64,000 bases of DNA from Eledone cirrhosa (GCA_964016885.1 OZ024741.1:158782001-158846000); one strand, 5' to 3'. Counted from the first letter of the stretch, positions 22,930 through 38,230 are shown. Numbers and translations are program-made. The notes: generated from the letters alone by a model not told the origin.

Positions 22930-24327
22930 CGAACATATATCAGGTTAAGTTTGGTTTGTGTGTATCAAATGTGCAACCTTTACTTCTTGCCTAGCAATTT
23001 GTTTTACCTGGTACTATACTTCTCACTATTATATATATATATTTTAAACATTAAATATGTGTACGCTCTCAAAAAGTTGCAAGTTTCATCATCATTCTTG
23101 GTAAGAACACATATTCTAATCATCAGTTTTGAAGGCTTACATTTTTAGAATAGCGGTTACTTCCGGTATTTTAACAATGAGGGGTCTTTTTTTTTTCACT
23201 CTGCGCAAAGGTTACACTGCTGTTATGAGAGAGAGTACCTTCCCTTTTCACACCCAGGTTGATATAATCATATATAATGTGCTGTATATATATATATAAC
23301 CTAACAGGTATAAGGGTTTGTTGCTACAGTGAAGAGTAGAATAAAATGTATCTGTATATATATAATAATATAGCGGCGATGAATTAGTTTTGCGAGGTTT
23401 TTTATATGAAATCGTGTGTCGAAACAGATATTGTTATATTTGGGGAGGGTCATATTTGCGTAATATTGCCAGAATTAATAACAGAACACACTCACTGTTT
23501 GGTTGGTTTTCGCTTCTCGCTGTCTTTTATATATATATATCTGCGATCTAACTTACTCGGTCCTCAATGTTGCCATTGACTGACCGGCGGTCAAAAATAA
23601 TACAGATACAATATAGACAAACACATATATATATAGTTTACATAAATCTTTCGTTGCACATCTGCAACATCGTCAGTGGTGTTATATTCATTGTTCCTCC
23701 TGTTGTGTTGTATGTCTACGCCATTTTTTTTTTGTTCAGTCTGTCTATATATTTATTTATTTATTTATTTGCTTGTTTGTTTATCTTATTTTATTTTGTC
23801 TTCTTTGCGCATGCGTTTGCGTGTGTGTATAGTGTTATGTGTGATGTGTGACTAGTGTGTATAGTGTTGTGTCTGCTGGGTGACTAGTGTGTGTTTATGT
23901 GCTTGTGTATGTATTTATTTATCTTATTTTATTTAATTTAATTTACTTATTTATTTATACTTCTCTTAGGTCAGTGTTGTTTGTTTGGGTGTTGTTGTTG
24001 TTCCACTCATTCTTTCTGTTTAGCTTTGGTCTTCTAATTTCTATTTCACTGGCCTCTCTGATTTGCCTATCTGCTGGGTCATTCCTATGTTTAGATATTA
24101 TTCTAATTTCTATGTTGTCTATGTTACCGTCATGATGTTGTCTAGCATGTTCGTATAGTACTGACCCGTTTTTTCGTCCTTTTAGTTCCCCCCAGTGTTG
24201 GTCTATCCTTTCACCTATGCTACGAGCTGTCTCACCTATGTATGTTGTTGTCGTGTTTCTGCAAGTACCCTCTGTACATCTTATGCTATAGACTACGTTT
24301 CTAGTTTTACAGATAGTTTTACAGGTA

Positions 24328-26463
24328 GTGTGTCTACCCACAGATAAGTCTGGTAGGATGTCAATAGATAGCATGCCGAACTACATCGAGGCAATGCAAC
24401 CCCACATCACCAACACGAGCGAAGTTGCACAACTAACACACGATGGGAGAGAAAAAATCCTCAACGCTCACATGATGATGTGGACTGACATCCTAAAGCC
24501 AAGCAGACGCACTGCCAACAACTTCCAGGCGTCTAACAATGGCATACCACCCTTGTATGGGCTCCGCAAAGACCACAAGACAGTCGACGACCCGACAATA
24601 GGACCACCAACAAGACCTGTATGCGGAGCTAATATAGCTAGCAACTACAGGATCTCCTACTTCCTCTCAATGGTTATACGCCCCATAATCAAGATGTCCC
24701 CAGATGTATGTGAAAGTACAGAGGACCTCCTCAGCAGAATCAGTGAGTGCAACAAAAACAGGAGCCTATCCAACTGCATAATAGGCAGCATGGATGTGGT
24801 GTCACTGTACCCATCCATTAACATTGATTTTGCTGTGAAAAGATGTGTGGAGGTGATCATTGAGAGTGAGGTGGAGTTCTGCGACGTCGACACAGACGAA
24901 CTGGGCCTCCTACTTAGACTTACCTACGACACTGACTACCTAGACAGCCATGACCTTAGATGTTTCTGCCCTAGTAGACCTATAAGAGGTAGACCCCCCA
25001 CCATAACCTCAATGGCTAAAAAGACTCCCATAGGAAGGTGGATTGGGTGGACCAAAGCTATACGGACCCCCCAAAACACTGATCAGGTAAGAAAAATGGT
25101 CGCACATGCAATAGGGGCTAGTATCAAAACTACCCTAAAGGGCCACATATTTAAGTTCAATGAGAAAATCTACACCCAAAATGAGGGAGCAGCCATCGGC
25201 GTCAGCATAGCTGGCGATGTTGCCAACCTTTTCATGGTATGGTGGGAAAGGAGACTTAAAGATCTCCTTAATGAAAGCTCCATAGACCTCATCATGTACT
25301 CTCGTTATGTAGACGATATCAATATAGTTATAAGAACACCCCCACTAGAGAGCACTAACAAGTTTGATTTAGAACGTAGCACGATGGAAAGCATCCAGCA
25401 GATAGCTAATTCCATACACCAGAGTATAACTGTAACTATAGACTTCCCTTCCAAACACCCTAACAATAGACTACCTGTATTAGACACAGAACTCTGGATT
25501 AACACTATAGACGAGAGAGCCCAAATTCTCCACTCACACTATGCTAAACCCATGGCCTCCAAATACCTGATACTCAAAAACTCAGCAATGTCCAGTAGTG
25601 CTAAGTTTAATATTCTGATCGCAGATTTGGTACGAGTGATGAAGAATGTGTCCAGCATGTGCGACCCAACAGAAATGGAAGGACACATCCAACACTTCAT
25701 CAACCGCATGCAGTTCTCTGGCTACAACCAAAGAGACAGAGTCAGAGTATACGAAGGAGCCATGGAAAAGTATAAGACCCTCATAGAACTGGACATGAAA
25801 GGAATTTGCCCACTATACAGGAGCAAATCATGGAATAGCTTAGATAGGGCTAGACATAAGATAGGGAAGGCCACATCATGGTACGACAACCAGAGATATC
25901 AGAGTGTCATGTTTGTGGACGCCACCCCTGGAGGGAAATTAGCTAACCAGTGTAGAAAGGCCCTGAGAAAGACCCACTTAAAAATAAAGGTGGTAGAAAA
26001 GCCAGGAACCACCATAAAATCCCTGATCAGCAAAACCTACCCTTTTAAGAAAACCCACTGTACCAATAGGAAATGTATCATATGTAAGGTGAACCCCCGG
26101 ATAAACTGTAAAACTAGAAACGTAGTCTATAGCATAAGATGTACAGAGGGTACTTGCAGAAACACGACAACAACATACATAGGTGAGACAGCTCGTAGCA
26201 TAGGTGAAAGGATAGACCAACACTGGGGGGAACTAAAAGGACGAAAAAACGGGTCAGTACTATACGAACATGCTAGACAACATCATGACGGTAACATAGA
26301 CAACATAGAAATTAGAATAATATCTAAACATAGGAATGACCCAGCAGATAGGCAAATCAGAGAGGCCAGTGAAATAGAAATTAGAAGACCAAAGCTAAAC
26401 AGAAAGAATGAGTGGAACAACAACAACACCCAAACAAACAACACTGACCTAAGAGAAGTATAA
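24328..26463 (+). CDS. PLE polyprotein (RT plus C-terminal GIY-YIG endonuclease), 711 codons, N-terminally truncated
   Basis: PTDKSG, LYGLRKDHK, RPVC, SMDVVSLYPSI, GAAIG, RYVDD (25306-25317), LPVLD, YAKP, FVDATPGG, CxxxxCxxC, NVVY..YIGETARS..R..H..E..LN. Confidence 0.93.
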   Translation: MCLPTDKSGRMSIDSMPNYIEAMQPHITNTSEVAQLTHDGREKILNAHMMMWTDILKPSRRTANNFQASNNGIPPLYGLRKDHKTVDDPTIGPPTRPVCGANIASNYRISYFLSMVIRPIIKMSPDVCESTEDLLSRISECNKNRSLSNCIIGSMDVVSLYPSINIDFAVKRCVEVIIESEVEFCDVDTDELGLLLRLTYDTDYLDSHDLRCFCPSRPIRGRPPTITSMAKKTPIGRWIGWTKAIRTPQNTDQVRKMVAHAIGASIKTTLKGHIFKFNEKIYTQNEGAAIGVSIAGDVANLFMVWWERRLKDLLNESSIDLIMYSRYVDDINIVIRTPPLESTNKFDLERSTMESIQQIANSIHQSITVTIDFPSKHPNNRLPVLDTELWINTIDERAQILHSHYAKPMASKYLILKNSAMSSSAKFNILIADLVRVMKNVSSMCDPTEMEGHIQHFINRMQFSGYNQRDRVRVYEGAMEKYKTLIELDMKGICPLYRSKSWNSLDRARHKIGKATSWYDNQRYQSVMFVDATPGGKLANQCRKALRKTHLKIKVVEKPGTTIKSLISKTYPFKKTHCTNRKCIICKVNPRINCKTRNVVYSIRCTEGTCRNTTTTYIGETARSIGERIDQHWGELKGRKNGSVLYEHARQHHDGNIDNIEIRIISKHRNDPADRQIREASEIEIRRPKLNRKNEWNNNNTQTNNTDLREV

Positions 26464-26736
26464 ATAAATAAGTAAATTAAATTAAATAAAATAAGATAAA
26501 TAAATACATACACAAGCACATAAACACACACTAGTCACCCAGCAGACACAACACTATACACACTAGTCACACATCACACATAACACTATACACACACGCA
26601 AACGCATGCGCAAAGAAGACAAAATAAAATAAGATAAACAAACAAGCAAATAAATAAATAAATAAATATATAGACAGACTGAACAAAAAAAAAATGGCGT
26701 AGACATACAACACAACAGGAGGAACAATGAATATAA

Positions 26737-26779
26737 CACCACTGACGATGTTGCAGATGTGCAACGAAAGATTTATGTA
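26737..26779 (+). ncRNA. Minimal hammerhead-like motif in the PLE 3' pLTR (mirror copy 23639-23682, -)
   Basis: CTGACGA-t-gttgca-gatg-tgcaac-GAAA with self-complementary stem III AGAUUU and a UUA triplet; stem I is only 2 bp. Confidence 0.55.
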
Positions 26780-27128
26780 AACTATATATATATGTGTTTG
26801 TCTATATTGTATCTGTATTATTTTTGACCGCCGGTCAGTCAATGGCAACATTGAGGACCGAGTAAGTTAGATCGCAGATATATATATATAAAAGACAGCG
26901 AGAAGCGAAAACCAACCAAACAGTGAGTGTGTTCTGTTATTAATTCTGGCAATATTACGCAAATATGACCCTCCCCAAATATAACAATATAATAATATAT
27001 GTATACACATTTAATATTAGCTGGCTAGTGTCCGTTAATGTGAACTATCTTTATGACTAGTTAGTGGTGGTGGTGCTGGGTGAAAAATACAAAACATTTT
27101 GTGCATATGGCTACATGTACACATATAT

Positions 27129-27230
<102 letters not shown>

Positions 27231-28416
27231 TAGCAGGAGTGTCAAAGACAGTTTTCTACCTCTATTTATCTAAAAATAACATCAGGTGTATCAAGAAAGT
27301 TCAAATAATCCTTAGTCTATCTGGGAGCACTCATTAGAAGTGTTGTGTAGCTATATAGCTGATGTTGGTACAGTAATTAGGAAGTGGGGTGTAGAAACAT
27401 GTTGTAGCCCTCTATTCATGTGGTGACCAGAAACACAGGAGAAATTTTGAACAATGTGGGCAGTCTTCTGGTGTTCAGGTATATATTTGGCTCTAGTGAA
27501 TTCTTCAAAATTAAACACATTTTGGCCTTACAGAGCCCATACTTCCTGTTCTGTTGATACAGGACCTACACCTCTCTGACATCCTTCAGTTGATGTTATA
27601 ATCTATTGAGCTTTTTTCAATTTCTGGACATAACTGGAGGGTTTTGCCAAGTTTTTTTTATCCCAGGTATGGGATGACGCTGTATAGTTATGCAGCTCTC
27701 TGAACTGCCATTCCATATGCCTGACATATCACTTTAGGTGGGTGGTGCAGTTGGGTTTTGCTGACTTGACTGTTTCTCTATAGATTATAGCTTCAATTTT
27801 TAGGGCCCACCTAGCAGGCATGTGACCCTGTTCCTGCATGTATGTAACACACAGCTACACCACACCAAGTAGTTGGGATTTAGTTGTAACTTTGCTTTTA
27901 AAGTTGGGAAATGGAGCTAAAACTAATTTTTAAATTATGTCTGTTAAATATATATATATATACAGCTAGTGGAGAAGTGTTTATCTATTAATGCTAGGAA
28001 GGTTTTACTGATATTGGCTTTGATGCTCAATACCTGAACCAGGTAGTGTTTCAGCATCTATTTCTCTTCAGCAGGTTTTGGCAGGGGTTGTAACTAATGT
28101 TCTCCCTAAAACCCATTGCTGTAATAAGAGGCTGCTTTATCAAAGATATTTCTACTAAAAGAAAGGTTGCAAATCCTTCAACTTATGATTTTGACTAAAC
28201 TTTTTAACCCTGTTTGGGGTGGCAGAATGCAACAAAGATAGTCTTTCATTCGATTTCACCCTGGCCATAGGATTATATTATATAGGATTATATATACTGT
28301 ACTAAATAACCTAGTTTTGAAAAGGGATATTACTTGTTCTTACAACAGCACAGCATAACTTTCCCAAGATCAGACTGAAAATGTTTTTTCTTGATAACAT
28401 ATAAACACTAGAGTGT

Positions 28417-28458
<42 letters not shown>

Positions 28459-28596
28459 ATGTGTATTTATATACGATCATAATTTTAGAAATGTTGAGTG
28501 GATATGAATTTTAAAAATATATGTTAGTTTAAAGTTAACAGCTTCAATGCATGTATTTTTGTTATTCTTGACTATGGAAAATGGCTTAACCAATAC

Positions 28597-28695
<99 letters not shown>

Positions 28696-29140
28696 TGTAT
28701 ATGTAATCAATTATTTATGGTAACTGAAAAATTTGAAACTGTTTGTGTAGTGCAGTTTCTACGATCTTCTTTTCTCTTGTATTTTTATAACATTTTTTAC
28801 ATATTTTAGAAAGAGATATCAGTGACCCTAATTTGTTAATTTTTTTAGACATTTGTAATCAACTTGACATGTCTTGACACTGAATAAAGACAAGCAAGGC
28901 TTTGTTCGAACAATCCCCACATTTGTTTCTCTAAGCAGATAAAATAAAATAAAATGGAGTTGAAATGTTGAGATAAAAGTAGATAAATATATAAATAAAA
29001 TCCACACAATGTCATAAAGTTATCTGAACATGTGCATATATATATATATATATATACTATAACTGCACATTACACTCCCTAGTTATATGTGTGTATGTGT
29101 GCGTGTGTGTATTATACATAGAGAATTTGTCTTTTCATAC

Positions 29141-29171
<31 letters not shown>

Positions 29172-29199
29172 AACTACTACAATAACAACAACAATAGTT

Positions 29200-29380
29200 T
29201 TCTAATATAGGTACAAGGCAACAAATTTAGTTGGAGTGGCTAGTCAATGAAAATGACTCCAGTATTTGACTGGTACTTTATTTTATCAACTCCAGAAAGT
29301 TGAAAGGCACAGCTCACCTTTGAGGTATTTGAAGTCAGAACAAAAAGAGCCAGAATACACAAGGCATTTTAGTCCAATGC
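29200..29380 (-). mobile_element. SINE family B, degenerate
   Basis: gactggtactttattttatcaactccagaaagttgaaaggca. Confidence 0.65.
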
Positions 29381-29659
29381 ATGAGCCTTTATGCAGTGGC
29401 TTGGTTTGTTAGAAATAGCAGCCAAATACCCCAAGTTCACAAACATCTTAAAAACAAAATAAGACACAATGAATAAGGTTGTCCTGATGGAAATCTGCCT
29501 TGAAAAAAGATCCTTGAAGGATTGTATTTACATGTTTCACAAATAGTTGCCTGTTCATCACAAAACAAGAACCCTCACTCTTTTTCCAATTAAGAAATTT
29601 CATAGCCAATCACTATTTATATCGAACATTAACCAGAACTTAACTGGCCCAGTTGCATA

Positions 29660-30160
29660 AATATGCATATTTTCTGGATGTAAGTACACACATTTCCAGG
29701 AAATACAATCCCTTATTTCCTGGACACATAAACATGCATACATTTCTGGGACATGCATTCATATATTTCCTGGACATACAAACATTCTGCACATACAAAT
29801 ATATATTTCCTGAACATATAAAATATATATTTCCTGAACATACAAACACATATTTGCTGCACATACAAACACATATTTTCTGGACATACAAACATATATT
29901 TCCTGAACATACAAACATATATTTCCTGGACATACAAACACATATTTCCTGGACATACAAACACATTTTTCCTGGACTTACAAATATGTATTTCCTGGAC
30001 ATACGAACATATTTTCCTGAGAATACAAACATATATTTCCTGGACATACAGACACATTTTTCCTGGACATACAAATATGTATTTCCTGGACATACAAACA
30101 TATTTCCCTGAGAATACAAACAGATATTTCCTGGTCATACAAACAGATATTTGAATATAC
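29660..30160. repeat. ~22-bp minisatellite, about 20 copies
   Basis: Consensus catatttcctggacatacaaaca. Confidence 0.9.
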
Positions 30161-30284
30161 AAAGCAAAAATAATAAGTATTTCTCATGTTAACCTGAGGT
30201 TAAATAACAATAAAAAGACGTAGCCATGAGCAAGTATATTTTATGATGTCTAAAGAACTGTACAAAAAAAAAACAATGACAATC

Positions 30285-30322
<38 letters not shown>

Positions 30323-31291
30323 GTAATAGTAATAATAATATCAAGAATAACAATTATTATTATTATTATTATTATTATTATTTAGATGTTTCAAGATATT
30401 ATTTATTTATTTTTTATTTTTGGGGTTTGCTTTGTTTTCCACCATCCATCTTAACTTTTAGGGTATACCTTTTATTCTTTCTCTCTCTCTCAGTTTTTCT
30501 CTTACACGCTCACACCCTCTCCCTTCCTATTTCAAAAGATACAGAAGTCATTGAAAATTTTCATTAAAAAAAAATATATATATATATATAATGATAAATA
30601 CAAAATTGAAAATAAAAAATAATGAAGACATTGACCAGAAAATATATGAGATTAAATTACATTACAGTAATGAGTCCATTTTATTTTTCTTGTTTATTTT
30701 TTGGTGTTTTTATTGTTGTTTTTGTTTGAATTTTTTTTCTTTTTTAAAAACCATTACACTTAAATACATTTTCATCAGGAAATTACGGAAAAAAATAAAA
30801 AACTGTATGAAAGAAAACTATTTTTCCAGAAACTAATACCCTGATATGGAGAAAGGGTAGAAGAAAAACTGGTTAAAAGATTCAGTGGGATACAGAAGAT
30901 AGATATATAAAATTGTTTAAGAACATTATAAAATTGTTTCATAATAATTACAATTATTAGTAATATTATAATAATTGTAATTATTAATAGAAATATTATT
31001 GTAAGAAATTGTTACTCTCATCGTTATTAATAATATTATCATAATTATAATTATTTGTTGATACCATTGTTATTATTGTTATTATTATTATTATTATTAT
31101 TTGTGTTGCTGTTGTTACTATTTGAAATGACATATGGTGTCACAACACTAACTAATGCCATTTGTTATTTTCATGGTATTAACAAAGAATGGGAAGATAT
31201 TGAGGGGGAAAAAACAAATAGCTATGGAATCTCTCATAGAATTTTGTTTATTGTAAGAAGACAATGGCATCAATAGAAAACCTGTAATAGG

Positions 31292-31336
<45 letters not shown>

Positions 31337-32254
31337 GGGGGGGTATACGTGTTTGCGTATTCTTTAAAAAGTTCTACCTAACTCAAATATTTACATATGT
31401 GTATACATGCATATGTCTGCATATACATACATACCATACATATATATATATATATACATGTATATATATGTGTGTGTGTGAGTGTTTACATGTATGCATA
31501 CATTAGATGTCAAAATAGCTGAAAATAAAAGGAACAATAATGAATCAGAATTTGAAAAATGCCTGCACCAACAAAGAAGAGACTGTGAAAGCATAAGAAA
31601 GAAGTTTAGGTAGAAAATAGAGAGTGAAAGAGAAGGAAAAATCATATATCGTGAAAGTAAGTGGGGGTTAAAACTAGCCCAAGTATCCGGATAACATTGA
31701 CCAACATATTGCTGACTGTTAAGGGACAGAGTTGTGCTTTCACTGCACACCTGAGGTAACACTAACTATCAGAATGCTGACTCCTGAGGATCAGAGATTT
31801 GTTTTCACTGATTATCTAAGGAGACATGACTAAGAGTCTACTGAGAGCCAGAAGTCTATTTTCACTGCTCAGTTAAGGTAACACTAACTAAACACTGCTG
31901 TCAGCTAATGGCCAGAGTTGTGTTATCACTGCTTACCTAAGATTGCATGCCACCAATCTTTGTGCAGCAGCTGTGACTTCAGTTTTCAGTTTGTTGTTGT
32001 TGTTTTTTTTGTTCCCAAGCTGCAATGGTCCACTGGCATTGCTACATTGCTAGGGCACCTTTCTGAGGTACCTTTGGGAAATGACTATTGCTGAAATAAT
32101 TTCAAAGGAATATGTGTGTGTGTATGTATTTATGTATATATGTACGTGAATGTATGTATATATGTTTGTATATATGAATGTATGTGTGGATGTATGAGTG
32201 TGGATGTATGTGTATGTATGTATATATATATGTGTGTATATGTATGTATGAATG

Positions 32255-32287
<33 letters not shown>

Positions 32288-32879
32288 ATGTATTATGTAT
32301 TTGGGAATCTATGTGTGTGTGTGTGTGTATGTAAGTGGGAATGTATGTGTGTGAATGTATGTATGTATGTATGTATGTGTGAATATGTGTGTAAATGTGA
32401 GTGCATGTGTGTGAATGTATATACCTATGTATGTGTATGTGTGTATTGTGCTATGTATGTACATATGTCTGTCTGAATATGTGTTGTGCTGTGCTATGTA
32501 TGTATGTAAGTATGTAAATTAAAATGTGATGGTGAGGAATTCTATGGAGCTTTATTGAGACAGAATTGAAACTTACTGATTTGTCTATTTTTTCTTCATC
32601 CTTTCCTTTTCCTCTCATAATAAATAAAACTTTAAAATGAAGAAAAAAAAAATGAAAAAGCGAAGGAAATAAATAGAAAACAAGAAATGCAAGTAAACTA
32701 TTTTGACTAAATAATGTATTAGTATATTAGTGTACCAATATAACTAATATAGTAACGTATCAATGTATTATTGTACTAATGCACGGCAGGAAATAGTGTA
32801 TTGTAGCCTAAAAGAAAGATTTTGAAATTACAATTAAATTTTAAGAAGAAATACACACACAAATATGTATATGTATGTG

Positions 32880-32882
32880 TGT

Positions 32883-32913
<31 letters not shown>

Positions 32914-32956
32914 TCAATATATATATATATATATTCAATATATATATATATATATT

Positions 32957-33023
<67 letters not shown>

Positions 33024-33083
33024 ATATATAATATATATATATATATATACAATATATATAATATATATATATATATATACAAT

Positions 33084-33115
<32 letters not shown>

Positions 33116-33144
33116 ATATATATATATAATATATATATATATAC

Positions 33145-33175
<31 letters not shown>

Positions 33176-33204
33176 ATATATATATATAATATATATATAT
33201 ATAC

Positions 33205-33239
<35 letters not shown>

Positions 33240-33399
33240 CAATATATATATAATATATATATACAATATATATATACAATATATATATATATAATATATA
33301 TATACAATATATATATATATAATATATATATACAATATATATATATATAATATATATATACAATATATATATACAATATATATAATATATATATATACG

Positions 33400-33431
<32 letters not shown>

Positions 33432-33457
33432 TATATATTTACGATATATATATATAG

Positions 33458-33500
<43 letters not shown>
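32880..33500. repeat. Interrupted (TA)n satellite with CAA/TAA spacers
   Basis: Direct inspection. Confidence 0.95.
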
Positions 33501-33502
<2 letters not shown>

Positions 33503-33720
33503 AATAAAATAGGGACAAGATATAATTTCAATGTTTGAATCTTGACCAACAAGCCTTTCACACAAATATATATATATAATATATATATATATATGTATGG
33601 ATATACGTATATATATATATAAATATATACATACATATATATAATGATTTTCAGCTCAATTGACAAATTTATCTATTGAGCTGAAAATGAATTTGAAATA
33701 AAATAAATATTCTCTACAAA

Positions 33721-33765
<45 letters not shown>

Positions 33766-34152
33766 TATATATATATATATATATACATATATGTATATGT
33801 ATACGTAATTGGCAACTAATAATGTTGCATATGATGATAGCTCCCACCCGTCCATCGTTTAGTCAGAAAATACCTGTAATATTCAGGGGCTGCCTCAATG
33901 GCAATTCTGTAGATACCAGGTTATGTGTGAGAAAGAACGGTAAAAGATAGTGGAAGATATAGAAGGAGAACAATGTAAAATGGTATAAAATGTAGTCAAG
34001 AAAGAGAAATGCACCGACTATATGTGTTTTAGTTGAAGAACAATTGGCTGTAAAAAGGTTCTTTGGGGAAACTTTTTATTTAGAATAAGGTATTAAGTCT
34101 TCATGCATTATTCCAGGTATCTTGTTATATTGGTGTATGGGTGTTGGGTCTG

Positions 34153-34183
<31 letters not shown>

Positions 34184-34383
34184 CACACACATTTATATAT
34201 ATGTATATATATATATATATGTATATGTATATAAATATATATATGTATGTGTATATATATATATATATGTATGTGTATGTATGTATGTGAGTGTGGGTAT
34301 AAATGTTATTAAGCTCAGGTCAGAATCGTGTTATTCTAGAATTTCGCCTGTGCATTCACAGGGTTATCAGACATATGTGTGTA

Positions 34384-34427
<44 letters not shown>

Positions 34428-34491
34428 CATGTATATATATATATTCATATATGCATATATACATACAGACATATTTATATATATTCATACA

Positions 34492-34545
<54 letters not shown>

Positions 34546-34669
34546 ATATAAGTATACATATCATTTATTACACATAGAGAAATATTCATTTATTTATTAG
34601 CGCCAGAATATATATGTGCATGTCGACAGATATCCATATTATACACACAATATCTAGATATGTGTGTAT

Positions 34670-34728
34670 GTAGGTATATATATATATATATATGTATGTG
34701 TCTGTGTATATGTATACATACATATATG

Positions 34729-34803
<75 letters not shown>

Positions 34804-35087
34804 ATTTATATATATATATATATTTATATATATGTATATATATAAATATATATATATGTATATATATAAATATATATGTATATATATATATATATATGCA
34901 TGTATATAGATATATATATGCATGTATATATAGATACATATGCATATATATATATATATATATATATGCATATATATATACTTATGCATATATATATATA
35001 CTTATGCATATATATATACTTATACATATATATATACTTATACATATATATATATATACTTATGCATATATACACATAGATATATAC

Positions 35088-35144
<57 letters not shown>

Positions 35145-35194
35145 TATATACATATATATAAGTATATATATGTATATATATATATGTATATATG

Positions 35195-35229
<35 letters not shown>

Positions 35230-35343
35230 GTATATATATGTGTATATATATATACATATATATATATATATACACATATATATATATATATATACACATA
35301 TATATATATATATATACACATATATATACATATATATATATAT

Positions 35344-35382
<39 letters not shown>

Positions 35383-35807
35383 TATATATATACATATATA
35401 CATATATATATATACACATATACATATATATATATATACACATATATATATACATATATATATATACATATATATATACATATATATATACATATATATA
35501 TATATATACATATATATATACACATATATATATATACATATATACATATATATACATATATATATATACATATATATATACATATATATATATACATATA
35601 TATATACATATATATATACATATATATACATATATATACATATATATATATATACATATATATATACATATATATATATATATACACATATATATATATA
35701 CATATATATACACATATACATATATATATATACATATATATATATACAAATATATATATACATATATATATACATATATATATATACATATATATACATA
35801 TATATAC

Positions 35808-35870
<63 letters not shown>

Positions 35871-35871
35871 G

Positions 35872-35932
<61 letters not shown>

Positions 35933-36197
35933 GATATATATATAATATACATATATATAGGATATATAGATATATATACATACATATATATATATATTAC
36001 ATAATATTATATATATATATATATATATACATATATATAGATACATATATATACATATATATACATATAAATACATATATATACATATACATATATATAT
36101 ACATATATTATACATATATATACATATATATATATATATACATACATATATATACATATATACATATATATACATATATATATATATACATATATAC

Positions 36198-36228
<31 letters not shown>

Positions 36229-36243
36229 CATATATATACATAC

Positions 36244-36322
<79 letters not shown>

Positions 36323-36345
36323 TTTACATATATATATATACACAC

Positions 36346-36432
<87 letters not shown>

Positions 36433-36433
36433 C

Positions 36434-36480
<47 letters not shown>

Positions 36481-36608
36481 GTATATATATATATAAGTAT
36501 ATATATATATGTATATATATATATGTATATATATATATAAGTATATATATACATATATATATATACTTATATATATATACATATATATATATACATATAT
36601 ATATATAC

Positions 36609-36643
<35 letters not shown>

Positions 36644-36744
36644 CATATATACATATATATATACATATATATACATATATATATACATATATATACATAT
36701 ATATATACATATATATATACATATATATATACATATATATATAC

Positions 36745-36779
<35 letters not shown>

Positions 36780-36953
36780 CATATATATACATATATATAT
36801 ATATATACATACATATATATACATATATATACATATATATATATATATATATGCATATATATACATATGTATATATATATACACATATATATATATATAT
36901 ATGTATATATATGCATATGTATATATATATATATGCATATGTATATATATATA

Positions 36954-36998
<45 letters not shown>

Positions 36999-37093
36999 GC
37001 ATATATATATATATATATGCATATATATATATGCATATATATATATGCATATGTATATATATATATATATATGCATATGTATATATATATATA

Positions 37094-37151
<58 letters not shown>

Positions 37152-37184
37152 TATATATATATATATACATATGCATATATATAC

Positions 37185-37215
<31 letters not shown>

Positions 37216-37295
37216 CATATGCATATATATATATGCATATATATATATGCATATATATATATATGCATATATATATATATATATATATGCATATG

Positions 37296-37326
<31 letters not shown>

Positions 37327-37359
37327 GTATATATATGCATATGTATATATATATATATA

Positions 37360-37431
<72 letters not shown>

Positions 37432-37540
37432 CATATGCATATATATATATATATACATATGCATATATATATATATATATACATATGCATATATATATAT
37501 GCATATATATATATGCATATATATATATATATATGCATAT

Positions 37541-37574
<34 letters not shown>

Positions 37575-37703
37575 GCGTATATATATATACATATGCATAT
37601 ATATATATATATATACATATGCATATATATACATATATATATATATATATGTGTATATATACATATGCATATATATATATATATGCATATATATATATAT
37701 ATA

Positions 37704-37773
<70 letters not shown>

Positions 37774-38197
37774 TATATATATATATATATATATATATGC
37801 ATATATATATATATATATATATATATGCATATATATATATATAAATACATACATATATAAACATATATATACATATATATATATAAATACATACATATAT
37901 ATACATATATATACATACATACACATACATACATATATATACACATATATATACATATATATATATACATATATATATATATACATATATATCCATATAT
38001 ATATATACATATATATCCATATATATCCATATATATATATACATATATATATATACATACATATATATATACATAGATATATATATATATACATATATAT
38101 ATACATTCATATATATATATTTATGCATACATACATATATTTGTATATCTACATATACATACATACATCCATACATATATTTATATATATATCTATA

Positions 38198-38230
<33 letters not shown>

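Larger units (their letters stand above)
23373..26990 (+). mobile_element. Young Penelope-like retroelement (Naiad-like), 5'-truncated, with inverted 5' pLTR
   Basis: About 23428-24312 is the reverse complement of about 26106-26990; open RT + GIY-YIG frame; candidate TSD tataataatata at 23361-23372 and 26988-26999. Confidence 0.93.

Noticed and set aside
23955-24374. Separate 139-aa GIY-YIG gene on the minus strand
   Set aside because: It is the inverted copy of the PLE 3' end fused to antisense ORF sequence
26725-26760. SECIS element (ATGA...GATG) in the PLE 3' UTR
   Set aside because: Helix too short, no apical AAR, overlaps the hammerhead motif, and the retained ORF has no in-frame TGA
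29640-30187. Overlapping repetitive ORFs or CRISPR-like array
   Set aside because: 22-bp minisatellite open in several frames; no spacers
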